Below are positions 19,398 to 28,704 of a stretch of DNA of 64,000 bases, piece by piece; positions within the stretch are counted from its first letter, which is position 1; each line of letters opens with the position of its first letter. A program made the translations under genes and the position numbers. Origin of the DNA: Escherichia phage ECp13. Location of the stretch: the sequence record PP274704.1, one strand, 5' to 3'. Under the pieces are notes generated by a model. It was given only the letters and a program-made list of their open reading frames with translations, did no database searches and had not been told where the DNA came from.

Positions 19398-20579
19398 ATG
19401 TCTATTGCAGATTTAAAATCCCGTTTGATTAAAGCTTCCACTTCTAAAATGACTGCTGAACTGACTACATCTAAATTCTTTAATGAAAAGGATGTAATCC
19501 GTACAAAAATTCCAATGCTTAATATCGCTATTTCTGGTGCGATTGATGGTGGTATGCAGTCTGGTTTAACCATTTTTGCAGGTCCTTCTAAACACTTTAA
19601 ATCAAATATGTCTTTGACTATGGTTGCGGCGTATTTGAACAAATATCCTGACGCGGTATGTCTATTCTATGATAGCGAATTTGGTATTACTCCAGCTTAT
19701 TTGCGATCCATGGGAGTTGACCCGGAACGAGTAATTCATACACCAATCCAGTCAGTTGAACAGCTGAAAATTGATATGGTGAATCAGCTTGAAGCTATTG
19801 AGCGTGGTGAAAAAGTTATTGTATTCATCGACTCAATTGGTAATATGGCTTCTAAGAAAGAAACGGAAGATGCCTTGAATGAAAAATCTGTGGCAGATAT
19901 GACTCGTGCTAAATCACTGAAGTCATTATTCCGTATTGTTACTCCTTATTTTAGTATTAAAAACATTCCATGCGTTGCGGTTAACCATACAATTGAAACA
20001 ATTGAAATGTTTAGTAAAACCGTGATGACAGGTGGTACAGGCGTAATGTATTCGGCTGATACCGTATTCATTATCGGTAAGCGCCAGATTAAAGATGGTT
20101 CTGATCTTCAGGGGTATCAATTTGTTCTAAATGTAGAAAAATCTCGTACCGTTAAAGAAAAAAGTAAATTCTTTATTGATGTTAAATTTGACGGTGGTAT
20201 CGATCCTTATTCTGGATTGTTAGATATGGCTCTTGAATTAGGATTTGTGGTAAAACCTAAAAATGGCTGGTATGCTCGTGAATTTCTTGACGAAGAAACC
20301 GGCGAGATGATTCGCGAAGAAAAATCTTGGCGTGCAAAAGATACCAACTGCACTACATTCTGGGGTCCTTTATTTAAGCATCAGCCATTCCGAGACGCTA
20401 TTAAACGTGCTTATCAGTTAGGTGCTATTGATAGTAATGAAATTGTTGAAGCTGAAGTTGATGAATTGATTAACTCAAAGGTTGAAAAATTTAAATCTCC
20501 AGAAAGTAAAAGTAAATCAGCAGCTGATTTAGAAACTGACCTAGATCAGTTAAGTGATATGGAAGAATTTAATGAATAA
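19398..20579 (+). CDS. uvsX: Recombinase UvsX (RecA-like)
   Basis: 393 aa; Walker A GPSKHFKS; close match to remembered T4 UvsX. Confidence 0.9.
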   Translation: MSIADLKSRLIKASTSKMTAELTTSKFFNEKDVIRTKIPMLNIAISGAIDGGMQSGLTIFAGPSKHFKSNMSLTMVAAYLNKYPDAVCLFYDSEFGITPAYLRSMGVDPERVIHTPIQSVEQLKIDMVNQLEAIERGEKVIVFIDSIGNMASKKETEDALNEKSVADMTRAKSLKSLFRIVTPYFSIKNIPCVAVNHTIETIEMFSKTVMTGGTGVMYSADTVFIIGKRQIKDGSDLQGYQFVLNVEKSRTVKEKSKFFIDVKFDGGIDPYSGLLDMALELGFVVKPKNGWYAREFLDEETGEMIREEKSWRAKDTNCTTFWGPLFKHQPFRDAIKRAYQLGAIDSNEIVEAEVDELINSKVEKFKSPESKSKSAADLETDLDQLSDMEEFNE

Positions 20580-20916
20580 AGATGATTTAGATTTAGATCT
20601 AGAAATTATCGATGAATCCCCCTCTTCGGAGGGGGAAGAAGAAAGAAAAGAACGTCTTTTTAATGAATCTCTTAAGATAATTAAATCTGCCATGGAAAAT
20701 GTTATCCAGGAGATTGTTATTAAACTAGAAGACGGTTCTACACACATTGTGTATGTGACAAAATTAGATTGGGTTGATGGAAAAGTCGTAATGGACTTTG
20801 CTGTTCTTGACCAAGAAAGAAAAGCTGAGTTAGCTCCTCATGTAGAAAAATGTATTACAATGCAACTACAAGATGCATTTAATAAAAGGTCAAAGAAAAA
20901 ATTTAAATTCTTTTAA
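20572..20916 (+). CDS. 40: gp40-like head assembly protein (assigned by position)
   Basis: 114 aa from ATG 20572 overlapping uvsX stop; between uvsX and 41. Confidence 0.5.
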   Translation: MNKDDLDLDLEIIDESPSSEGEEERKERLFNESLKIIKSAMENVIQEIVIKLEDGSTHIVYVTKLDWVDGKVVMDFAVLDQERKAELAPHVEKCITMQLQDAFNKRSKKKFKFF

Positions 20917-20925
20917 GGAGTAAGT

Positions 20926-22353
20926 GTGGTAGAAATTATTCTTTCTCATCTCATATTTGATCAAGCTTATTTTTCAAAAGTTTGGCCATATATGGATTCA
21001 GAATATTTTGAAAGTGGTCCAGCTAAAAATACATTCAAATTAATTAAATCTCATGTTAATGAGTACCATAGCGTTCCATCTATTAATGCGTTAAATGTTG
21101 CATTAGAAAATAGTTCATTTACTGAAACAGAATATTCTGGTGTAAAAACACTTATTTCGAAACTAGCCGATTCTCCAGAAGACCACAGCTGGTTAGTAAA
21201 AGAAACAGAAAAATATGTTCAGCAAAGGGCGATGTTTAATGCTACGTCTAAAATAATTGAAATTCAAACCAATGCTGAGCTTCCTCCGGAAAAACGAAAT
21301 AAGAAAATGCCGGATGTTGGTGCTATTCCTGACATTATGCGCCAAGCATTATCAATTTCATTTGATAGCTACGTTGGTCATGATTGGATGGATGACTACG
21401 AAGCACGTTGGCTATCTTATATGAATAAAGCTCGTAAGGTTCCATTTAAACTCAAAATTCTAAATAAAATTACTAAAGGCGGAGCTGAAACTGGAACACT
21501 AAACGTTTTAATGGCTGGTGTTAACGTTGGTAAGTCATTAGGTCTGTGTTCATTGGCAGCAGATTATTTACAGCTCGGTCATAATGTTCTTTACATTTCA
21601 ATGGAAATGGCAGAAGAAGTCTGTGCTAAGCGTATTGACGCTAATATGCTTGATGTTTCTCTTGATGACATTGATGACGGGCATATTTCTTACGCTGAGT
21701 ATAAAGGAAAAATGGAAAAATGGCGTGAGAAATCTACTCTCGGCCGTTTAATCGTTAAGCAATATCCTACTGGTGGAGCAGACGCTAACACATTTCGATC
21801 GCTTTTAAACGAATTGAAGCTCAAGAAGAATTTTGTTCCAACAATCATTATTGTTGACTATCTGGGTATTTGTAAATCTTGCCGCATTAGAGTTTATTCA
21901 GAAAATAGTTACACAACTGTTAAAGCTATCGCAGAGGAATTGCGTGCTCTGGCTGTTGAAACTGAAACTGTTCTTTGGACTGCAGCACAGGTTGGTAAAC
22001 AAGCTTGGGATTCTTCTGATGTTAACATGAGCGATATCGCAGAATCTGCCGGTCTTCCAGCAACAGCCGATTTTATGCTTGCGGTCATTGAAACCGAGGA
22101 GTTAGCAGCTGCTGAACAACAACTCATTAAGCAAATCAAATCACGATATGGTGATAAGAATAAATGGAATAAGTTTTTGATGGGTGTTCAAAAAGGAAAT
22201 CAGAAATGGGTAGAAATTGAACAAGATTCTACTCCAACTGAAGTGAACGAAGTAGCAGGTTCACAGCAGATTCAGGCTGAACAGAATCGCTATCAAAGAA
22301 ACGAATCTGCTCGAGCTCAGTTAGATGCTTTGGCAAATGAATTAAAATTTTAG
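20926..22353 (+). CDS. 41: Replicative helicase gp41 (DnaB-like), GTG start
   Basis: 475 aa; Walker A GVNVGKS; N-terminus VEIILSHLIFDQAYF. Confidence 0.9.
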   Translation: MVEIILSHLIFDQAYFSKVWPYMDSEYFESGPAKNTFKLIKSHVNEYHSVPSINALNVALENSSFTETEYSGVKTLISKLADSPEDHSWLVKETEKYVQQRAMFNATSKIIEIQTNAELPPEKRNKKMPDVGAIPDIMRQALSISFDSYVGHDWMDDYEARWLSYMNKARKVPFKLKILNKITKGGAETGTLNVLMAGVNVGKSLGLCSLAADYLQLGHNVLYISMEMAEEVCAKRIDANMLDVSLDDIDDGHISYAEYKGKMEKWREKSTLGRLIVKQYPTGGADANTFRSLLNELKLKKNFVPTIIIVDYLGICKSCRIRVYSENSYTTVKAIAEELRALAVETETVLWTAAQVGKQAWDSSDVNMSDIAESAGLPATADFMLAVIETEELAAAEQQLIKQIKSRYGDKNKWNKFLMGVQKGNQKWVEIEQDSTPTEVNEVAGSQQIQAEQNRYQRNESARAQLDALANELKF

Positions 22354-22383
22354 TTTACAAGCTGACAAGACTATGGTATAGTA
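22345..22383 (+). promoter_or_regulatory. Early promoter (GTTTAC, 18 nt, TATAGT)
   Basis: tagtttacaagctgacaagactatggtatagt upstream of dmd. Confidence 0.5.
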
Positions 22384-22411
22384 GTCTTGTTGGTTAAATG
22401 AGGAGATTGTT

Positions 22412-22594
22412 ATGGAATTGGTAAAGGTAGTTTTTATGGGGTGGTTTAAGAACGAAAGCATATTTGCTAAAGAAATCACAATGATGAAAGATGACGTTCA
22501 ATGGGCTACTACTCAATATGCTGAAGTTAATAAAGCGCTAGTTAAAGCTTTCATTGATGACAAGAAAGTATGTGAAGTGGATTGCCGAGGATAA
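22412..22594 (+). CDS. dmd: Dmd antitoxin (inhibitor of host RnlA/LsoA RNases)
   Basis: 60 aa; sequence agrees with remembered T4 Dmd; first gene after 41. Confidence 0.7.
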   Translation: MELVKVVFMGWFKNESIFAKEITMMKDDVQWATTQYAEVNKALVKAFIDDKKVCEVDCRG

Positions 22595-22595
22595 T

Positions 22596-22853
22596 ATGCA
22601 TATTGTTTTATTTAAACCTACTCCGTATAATGTCAGGAAAAATACTCAATTCAAAGCACTTATTGCAGATACGTGGGAATTAGTATTAGATATTCCAGCA
22701 GAAGAAAGTCCTCCATTTGGTCGAGTGGAATTTATTAAGTTTGCTGTGCGCCCTACGAAGCGACAGATTCGTCAATGCAAAAGATACTTTCGTAAAATCG
22801 TCAAGTTAGAGAAACAGTTTGTAACATGTGATTATACAGAAGTTTTAAAATAA
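22596..22853 (+). CDS. Hypothetical protein (85 aa from ATG)
   Basis: ORF track 22554..22853; first ATG after dmd stop at 22596. Confidence 0.5.
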   Translation: MHIVLFKPTPYNVRKNTQFKALIADTWELVLDIPAEESPPFGRVEFIKFAVRPTKRQIRQCKRYFRKIVKLEKQFVTCDYTEVLK

Positions 22854-22911
22854 TTGTTTACTTTTATTGGAAATTGAGATACTATAAACATAAACTACTG
22901 AGGAGATTATC

Positions 22912-23205
22912 ATGAAAAAATTTATCTTTGCTGCAATTTTTGCTTTATCTTCTTGCGCTGCTCAGCCTGCTATGGCGGGTTATGACAAAGATTTGTGTGA
23001 ATGGTCTATGACTGCAGATCAGACTGAAGTTGAAACTCAAATTGAAGCGGATATTATGAATATCGTTGAGCGTGATCATCCTGAAATGAAAGCTGAAGTG
23101 CAAAAACAACTTAAGTCTGGTGGTGTAATGCAGTATAATTACGTTCTGTATTGCGATAAAAACTTTAATAATAAAAATATCATCGCTGAAGTGGTAGGTG
23201 AGTAA
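22912..23205 (+). CDS. sp: Periplasmic protein Spackle (probable)
   Basis: 97 aa with N-terminal signal peptide; position between 41 and 61. Confidence 0.6.
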   Translation: MKKFIFAAIFALSSCAAQPAMAGYDKDLCEWSMTADQTEVETQIEADIMNIVERDHPEMKAEVQKQLKSGGVMQYNYVLYCDKNFNNKNIIAEVVGE

Positions 23206-23217
23206 TTAGAGGTTAGT

Positions 23218-23574
23218 ATGTACAGTTCTGAATTTTCATATTTAAAAATGGAAAAAATTTCATACGATTTCATAGATGAAAAGATTTATTACAGCTTCCA
23301 TGAACCGCGTTTTAATAGTGAGGTTGGGTTTATTGTAGTAAAAGACAATTTCATTTTAAAGATATATTCGGCATTAAAGGATTTTCATTACGAAAATATT
23401 AACCTAAAATTTGATAAAGAAAACGTTCGTAATTGTGCAGTAACAATTACAGGAAATAAAGGTACATGTGTTATGCTATCTGATGAAATTAATGATTTGT
23501 TAAATGATGTAGAAAAGGTTGCTATTCCATCTATTGATGACCAAATTTTTAATGCTTTTATGAATAGAGGTTAA
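23218..23574 (+). CDS. Hypothetical protein (118 aa)
   Basis: ORF track. Confidence 0.55.
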   Translation: MYSSEFSYLKMEKISYDFIDEKIYYSFHEPRFNSEVGFIVVKDNFILKIYSALKDFHYENINLKFDKENVRNCAVTITGNKGTCVMLSDEINDLLNDVEKVAIPSIDDQIFNAFMNRG

Positions 23575-23575
23575 T

Positions 23576-23740
23576 ATGAAAACATATAAAGAATTTATTA
23601 AAGAAGATATGGTAGCTGGAGATTCAGGTGGTAATCCTGAAAATATCTCCACTGGAACAACGTCAGGTGCTGTAGTAAATAAAGGTCCTGAACAGATTCC
23701 TAAAAAGAAAAAAGAGGAATCTAAAGAAAAAGAAGAGTAA
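23576..23740 (+). CDS. Hypothetical protein (54 aa), lysine/glutamate-rich tail
   Basis: ATG ORF exactly filling the gap before gene 61. Confidence 0.4.
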   Translation: MKTYKEFIKEDMVAGDSGGNPENISTGTTSGAVVNKGPEQIPKKKKEESKEKEE

Positions 23741-23742
23741 AA

Positions 23743-24771
23743 ATGTCATCAATACCTTGGATTGATAATGAGTTTGCATACCGTGCATTAGCTCATTTAC
23801 CTAAATTCACACAAGTAAATAATAGTTCAACTTTTAAATTGCGGTTTAGATGCCCTGTTTGTGGAGATTCAAAAACCGACCAAAATAAAGCCCGTGGATG
23901 GTATTATGGTGATAATAATGAAGGAAATATTCATTGTTATAACTGCAACTATCATGCACCAATCGGAATATATTTAAAGGAGTTTGAACCTGATTTATAT
24001 CGTGAGTATATCTTTGAAATAAGAAAAGAAAAAGGTAAAAGTCGTCCAGTAGAAAAACCTAAAGAACTTCCTAAACAACCTGAGAAGAAAATAATTAAAT
24101 CTCTTCCGTCATGCATTAGATTAGATAAACTGGCGGAAGACCATCCAATTATAAAATATGTAAAAGCTCGTTGTATTCCAAAGAATAAATGGAAATATCT
24201 TTGGTTTACAACCGAATGGCCTAAATTAGTTAATAGTATAGCGCCAGGAACATATAAAAAGGAAATACCTGAGCCTCGTCTTGTTATTCCAATTTATAAT
24301 GCTAACGGAAAAGCTGAGTCTTTTCAAGGACGTGCATTAAAGAAAGATGCTCCTCAAAAATATATCACCATCAAAGCTTATCCTGAGGCAACAAAAATTT
24401 ATGGAGTTGAACGGGTTAAAGATGGTGATGTATATGTTCTAGAAGGACCTATAGATTCACTTTTTATTGAAAATGGTATAGCTATTACGGGCGGTCAATT
24501 AGACCTAGAAATTGTTCCATTTAAAGATAGACGTGTATGGGTTTTAGATAATGAACCTCGTCATCCTGACACTATTAAACGAATGACTAAATTGGTCGAT
24601 GCAGGAGAAAGGGTTATGTTTTGGGACAAATCTCCCTGGAAATCAAAAGATGTTAATGATATGATTAGAAAGGAAGGTGCAACCCCTAAACAAATTATGG
24701 AATATATGAAAAATAATATTGCCCAAGGGTTGATGGCTAAAATGCGGCTATCTAAATATGCTAAGATTTAA
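23743..24771 (+). CDS. 61: DNA primase gp61
   Basis: 342 aa; Zn ribbon CPVCGDS...CYNC; TOPRIM domain. Confidence 0.9.
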   Translation: MSSIPWIDNEFAYRALAHLPKFTQVNNSSTFKLRFRCPVCGDSKTDQNKARGWYYGDNNEGNIHCYNCNYHAPIGIYLKEFEPDLYREYIFEIRKEKGKSRPVEKPKELPKQPEKKIIKSLPSCIRLDKLAEDHPIIKYVKARCIPKNKWKYLWFTTEWPKLVNSIAPGTYKKEIPEPRLVIPIYNANGKAESFQGRALKKDAPQKYITIKAYPEATKIYGVERVKDGDVYVLEGPIDSLFIENGIAITGGQLDLEIVPFKDRRVWVLDNEPRHPDTIKRMTKLVDAGERVMFWDKSPWKSKDVNDMIRKEGATPKQIMEYMKNNIAQGLMAKMRLSKYAKI

Positions 24772-24968
24772 ATTAACCCAACTAAAGCAAATGCTAAATC
24801 TACGAATGTATCAAGAGTAATTACTGGAATATTAACGCCATGAGCAATAGCAATTGGCGATAAAACAAAATTCCAGAGTAAAATTCCTACCATAGCAGAA
24901 ATAGTAAAAGCTATACGTTTTTTATTACCTTTTATGGCATTAACAAGTGCCATTAATTTTTGTACCAT
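24768..24968 (-). CDS. Hypothetical two-helix membrane protein (66 aa) on the opposite strand
   Basis: Minus-strand ATG preceded by AAGGAGG; convergent with gene 61. Confidence 0.5.
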   Translation of the reverse strand: MVQKLMALVNAIKGNKKRIAFTISAMVGILLWNFVLSPIAIAHGVNIPVITLDTFVDLAFALVGLI

Positions 24969-24977
24969 ATGTCCTCC

Positions 24978-25006
24978 TTATTGCTTTATATATTTATTGT
25001 ATAATT
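24978..25006 (+). promoter_or_regulatory. Middle promoter: MotA box TGCTTTA, 11 nt, TATAAT
   Basis: ttaTTGCTTTAtatatttattgTATAAT upstream of gene 56. Confidence 0.5.
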
Positions 25007-25039
25007 AATCTACTAACCCATGAATTGAAAGGAAAAATA

Positions 25040-25557
25040 ATGGCTTACTTTAATGAATGTAGTCAACTGATTGAAGGCGCTGATAAAGCTCAAAATGAAT
25101 ACTGGGATATTCTCGGCGATGAAAAAGACCCGCTGCAGGTTATGCTTGATATGCAGAAATCTCTGCAGGTTCGTTTAGCTAAAGATAAACCTGAATATAA
25201 CCGTCATCCTGATGATTTGGCTACTGCAGGTGAAGTTGTTGATTGGCTGCGTAATCAGAAAGATTATATTGATGATGAATTCCGCGAACTTCTGACTTCT
25301 CTTGGTGGTATGAGCAATGGCGAAAAAGATGCATCTGCTGTATGGAAGCTTGGAAGTCGCAACACGGTGAACGTCGTGAAACTCTGATTACTGACTTATC
25401 TCCACAAGACCAGTTGGAAATTAAATTCGAAATGATTGATATTCTTCATTTCGTTCTGAACATGTTCCAAGGTCTCGGTCTTACGGCTGAAGAAATCTTT
25501 AAACTTTATTATCTGAAAAATGCTGAAAACTTCGCTCGTCAAGACCGAGGTTATTAA
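25040..25557 (+). pseudogene. 56: dCTPase/dUTPase gp56, interrupted by apparent 1-nt deletion near 25346-25350
   Basis: Frame A ends ...ASAVWK then runs to a stop at 25387; frame B resumes (E)AWKSQ...ARQDRGY; the two pieces sum to ~172 aa, the intact length. Confidence 0.6.
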
Positions 25558-25591
25558 TATAAACGACGGCTTAAAAGCTGTGAGAATTTAT

Positions 25592-25599
25592 TATAAATA
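25592..25599 (+). promoter_or_regulatory. Late promoter TATAAATA
   Basis: ttaTTATAAATAgtc about 30 nt upstream of soc. Confidence 0.55.
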
Positions 25600-25629
25600 G
25601 TCATGTAATTTAAATAAAAGGAGAATTAC

Positions 25630-25875
25630 ATGGCTAGTACTCGCGGTTATGTTAATATTAAAACATTTGAGCAGAAATTAGATGGAAATAAGAAAATTGA
25701 AGGAAAGGAAATTTCTGTAGCTTTCCCTCTTTATTCTGACGTTCACAAAATTTCTGGTGCTCATTACCAGACATTCCCTTCAGAAAAAGCAGCATATACT
25801 ACTGTATACGAAGAAAATCAACGTGATGCATGGATTGCTGCAAACGAAGATCTGTGGAAAGTAACTGGTGGTTAA
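25630..25875 (+). CDS. soc: Small outer capsid protein Soc
   Basis: 81 aa; MASTRGYVNIKTFEQKLDGNKKIEGKEISVAFPLY matches remembered T4 Soc. Confidence 0.85.
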   Translation: MASTRGYVNIKTFEQKLDGNKKIEGKEISVAFPLYSDVHKISGAHYQTFPSEKAAYTTVYEENQRDAWIAANEDLWKVTGG

Positions 25876-25882
25876 TAAATTC

Positions 25883-25910
25883 AAGGACTCCTTCGGGAGT
25901 CCTTTTTTCA
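25883..25910 (+). terminator. Intrinsic terminator GGACUCC-UUCG-GGAGUCC plus T6
   Basis: aaggactccttcgggagtcctttttt. Confidence 0.7.
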
Positions 25911-25974
25911 TTTTACCGGTTTACTTTCCAAAACAAGTATGGTATAATAAAATTATCTTATAGAGGAGAGCACT

Positions 25975-26187
25975 ATGTTAAATCGTTGGATTAAACCAAA
26001 TGAAGACCTCCAGAAGGTTCTTGATAAAGCTATCTCTGATAAATGGGGTATGAAAAGCTGGGATTGTGATATCGTCACGCATTCATTCATGATGCATGCA
26101 GATGGTTCAGTCGAGTTCAATGCTGAAATGCGATACACTGACTGGGGTGGATTTCAAAGAGTCGAATTTCAAAGAGGCTTTTTGTAA
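25975..26187 (+). CDS. Hypothetical protein (70 aa)
   Basis: ORF track; GAGGAGAG SD. Confidence 0.5.
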   Translation: MLNRWIKPNEDLQKVLDKAISDKWGMKSWDCDIVTHSFMMHADGSVEFNAEMRYTDWGGFQRVEFQRGFL

Positions 26188-26307
26188 TGTTTATCTTTAA
26201 TTGGTTTAAAAGTTTCTTTACGGATTTTTTTCTCTACAACTCCCGGAGAAGGTGTAGTTCCTATTTCAAATGACTACCTTCCTTTAACTGTAGTTGAATA
26301 TGTTTAT

Positions 26308-26526
26308 ATGGGAGATGGAACAGTAGAAGCGGTTACTATGACTTATGAAGAAGCCCAGGAATATTATAAAAATCCTTGGCGCTGGTCAACACCTACATCA
26401 TCTAATGCGCAGAATACACAGTCTAGTTCTGATTCATATGACACTAATGTTCCTGTTCATGTATGGACGGGCGATTCATGTGGAAGTTCTTGTGATTCTA
26501 GTTGTTCATCTACATCTTGTGATTGA
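26308..26526 (+). CDS. Hypothetical protein (72 aa), Ser/Cys-rich C-terminus
   Basis: ORF track; tail [18 protein letters not shown]. Confidence 0.45.
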   Translation: MGDGTVEAVTMTYEEAQEYYKNPWRWSTPTSSNAQNTQSSSDSYDTNVPVHVWTGDSCGSSCDSSCSSTSCD

Positions 26527-26534
26527 GGAAAATT

Positions 26535-27020
26535 ATGGAAGCGATTTTGTTTGAAATGTATATTAGCAGTAATAGTTTGTCGTTTGCTAAAGACGTTCCA
26601 ATTACCGTAGCAGTAATGATTGATAAGGGTTATTGTGACCCAATGTATCTTGTAGAAAATTTCGTTTCAATGCCAGTTCCAGAAGATGCTGAAATAAAAC
26701 TTAAAAAGATTGGTATTATTGAAACTGTACCAAATATTCCATTTAGAGCAATTGAAGCATTTACTAAATCAGAATACATTAATGTTAGCGCAGAACAATA
26801 TAATGATAATCCTTTATCTTTCTATTCGTATGATTCAGTATATAGTTGGAAAATAGATAAAGGAAATAAATTTATAATTGCGAGTGAAGATGCTTTATCA
26901 TACTTTATTTCTTCTGTATGGAATAGTTTACATCCAAATTTGCTAAAAATTCATGAATTTGATGATGCTCCTACTGTTATTTTAGGTAAAACAAATGAAA
27001 GTTCTGAAGAAGATGCTTGA
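26535..27020 (+). CDS. Hypothetical protein (161 aa), possibly Mrh by length and position
   Basis: ATG 26535 with GAGGAAAA SD; ORF track start 26523 is TTG. Confidence 0.45.
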   Translation: MEAILFEMYISSNSLSFAKDVPITVAVMIDKGYCDPMYLVENFVSMPVPEDAEIKLKKIGIIETVPNIPFRAIEAFTKSEYINVSAEQYNDNPLSFYSYDSVYSWKIDKGNKFIIASEDALSYFISSVWNSLHPNLLKIHEFDDAPTVILGKTNESSEEDA

Positions 27021-27198
27021 ATGGTTCAATAGACCAAACTCAATGTATATTGACGATGGTTGGGTTGAACAAGCAAATAAAGAAATGCAGAACGAATCGG
27101 AAGAATGGATGAAATCAATGATTAGTGCTGAGAAAGAAAAGAAATTAGAACGCTCAGCACTTAAATTAATGAGAGACATCTATGGGGATAAATCGTGA
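26995..27198 (+). CDS. Hypothetical protein (67 aa)
   Basis: ORF track. Confidence 0.45.
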   Translation: MKVLKKMLEWFNRPNSMYIDDGWVEQANKEMQNESEEWMKSMISAEKEKKLERSALKLMRDIYGDKS

Positions 27199-27206
27199 AC
27201 AAAGAT

Positions 27207-27359
27207 ATGACATTAGAAGAGGCTAAAGCTAAAGCAAACGAAGCACTGGATTTGCTTCTTAAAATCGGTAGTAAAATGATGGAAGAAAATGAGAAATATA
27301 TCCAGGAAAACAAAATTCCTGACGGCCCATTAGTAGGCAAGAGGAAATCACATGATTGA
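27207..27359 (+). CDS. Hypothetical protein (50 aa)
   Basis: ATG ORF bridging the gap between flanking ORFs; below track cut-off. Confidence 0.3.
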   Translation: MTLEEAKAKANEALDLLLKIGSKMMEENEKYIQENKIPDGPLVGKRKSHD

Positions 27360-27822
27360 AGTAGCAAAACGATATTCAATAGAATTTATGTCTAAAGAAG
27401 GTAAATCAGTAAATACACTTAATAAAAATTGCTCATTAATTATTCCTTTAGCAGAAAATCCGGATCGTTTAATTAAAGATATAAAAGAAAGAAAATATCC
27501 AGAAAATGTTATTCTAGTTATAAAGCATACTGAAGATATTTTGCATAATACAGATTCACCGTTTTCTTCTTCTGAAGCTTTAACTATTAAAGGCTATAAA
27601 AGAGCTCATGAATATAGTCTTTTTGACCTGTTTGAAGACGATAAAGTTAAATTAGCTAGTCAACCTTCTAAAAGTAAAACATTCATTATTGAAGATATTA
27701 AAGATATAAATGCATTTATTAAGATGGTCTGGGCTCATTTTGATGTTGGACTACGCTGGAGAATGTCCGAAGAAGAAAGAAAGATTATTGAAGCTAATCG
27801 TCATTTTGGTTTTTATCGCTAG
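27352..27822 (+). CDS. Hypothetical protein (156 aa)
   Basis: ORF with GAGGAAA SD; no motif recognised. Confidence 0.55.
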   Translation: MIEVAKRYSIEFMSKEGKSVNTLNKNCSLIIPLAENPDRLIKDIKERKYPENVILVIKHTEDILHNTDSPFSSSEALTIKGYKRAHEYSLFDLFEDDKVKLASQPSKSKTFIIEDIKDINAFIKMVWAHFDVGLRWRMSEEERKIIEANRHFGFYR

Positions 27823-27830
27823 GAATTAAT

Positions 27831-28013
27831 ATGGATTTATTTGAGATGTTAGAAGATAATCATTCTACGAATATCCAGAATGATTCTAGTGATTATAAGA
27901 AAGAGTACCGTATAGTATTACAGAATTATGGAATTGAAGCCCCAGATGCTCTTCTAGAAGAACTAGCTTCATACCATCTTGACCCTCCGCCCTGGGCTCC
28001 CTGGGCAAAATAA
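27831..28013 (+). CDS. Hypothetical acidic protein (60 aa)
   Basis: ORF track. Confidence 0.45.
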   Translation: MDLFEMLEDNHSTNIQNDSSDYKKEYRIVLQNYGIEAPDALLEELASYHLDPPPWAPWAK

Positions 28014-28056
28014 TTCAAAAAGTTGTTTACTTTCCTTCCTAACAATGATATGATAG
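28014..28056 (+). promoter_or_regulatory. Early promoter (GTTTAC, 18 nt, TATGAT)
   Basis: aaagttGTTTACtttccttcctaacaatgaTATGAT. Confidence 0.5.
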
Positions 28057-28080
28057 CTTCTGAAGTATATGGAGGCTATC

Positions 28081-28704
28081 ATGATTATTAATCTCGCAGA
28101 TGTTGAACAGTTATCTATAAAAGCTGAAAGTGTCGATTTTCAATATGATATGTATAAAAAGGTCTGTGAAAAATTTACTGACTTTGAACAGTCAATTCTT
28201 TGGCAATGTATGGAAGCCAAAAAGAATGAAGCTCTTCATCGGCAGTTGAATAAAATCGTTAAAAAGCATTTAACTAAATCGCCTTATCAGCTATATCGTG
28301 GTATATCAAAATCGACAAAAGAACTCATTAAAGATTTACAAGTTGGAGAAGTGTTTTCAACGAACAGAGTAGATTCATTTACTACTAGTTTGCATACAGC
28401 ATGTGGTTTTTCTTATGTTGAATATTCCACTGAAATAATATTTCGCTTAAAAACTGATAAAGCTTTTAATTATTCTGACCATATCAGCGATATTATACTT
28501 TCTTCTCCTAATACTGAGTTTAAGTATACATATGAAGATACTGATGGATTAGATTCAGAACGTACTGATAACTTAACGATGATTGTACGTGAACAAGAAT
28601 GGATGATTCCAATTGGAAAGTATAAAATAACTTCTATTTCAAAAGAAAAATTACACGATTCATTTGGAACATTTAAAGTGTATGATATTGAGGTAGTTGA
28701 ATGA
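28081..28704 (+). CDS. modB: ADP-ribosyltransferase ModB
   Basis: 207 aa from ATG 28081 (GGAGG SD); R-S-E triad LYRG / STN / EQEWMIP. Confidence 0.75.
   Translation: MIINLADVEQLSIKAESVDFQYDMYKKVCEKFTDFEQSILWQCMEAKKNEALHRQLNKIVKKHLTKSPYQLYRGISKSTKELIKDLQVGEVFSTNRVDSFTTSLHTACGFSYVEYSTEIIFRLKTDKAFNYSDHISDIILSSPNTEFKYTYEDTDGLDSERTDNLTMIVREQEWMIPIGKYKITSISKEKLHDSFGTFKVYDIEVVE

Noticed and set aside
24947-25039. N-terminal extension of the gene 56 ORF (24947 start)
   Set aside because: It overlaps the MotA-box promoter and the minus-strand ORF. ATG 25040 has an AAAGGAAAAA ribosome binding site and gives the expected MAYFNECSQ N-terminus.
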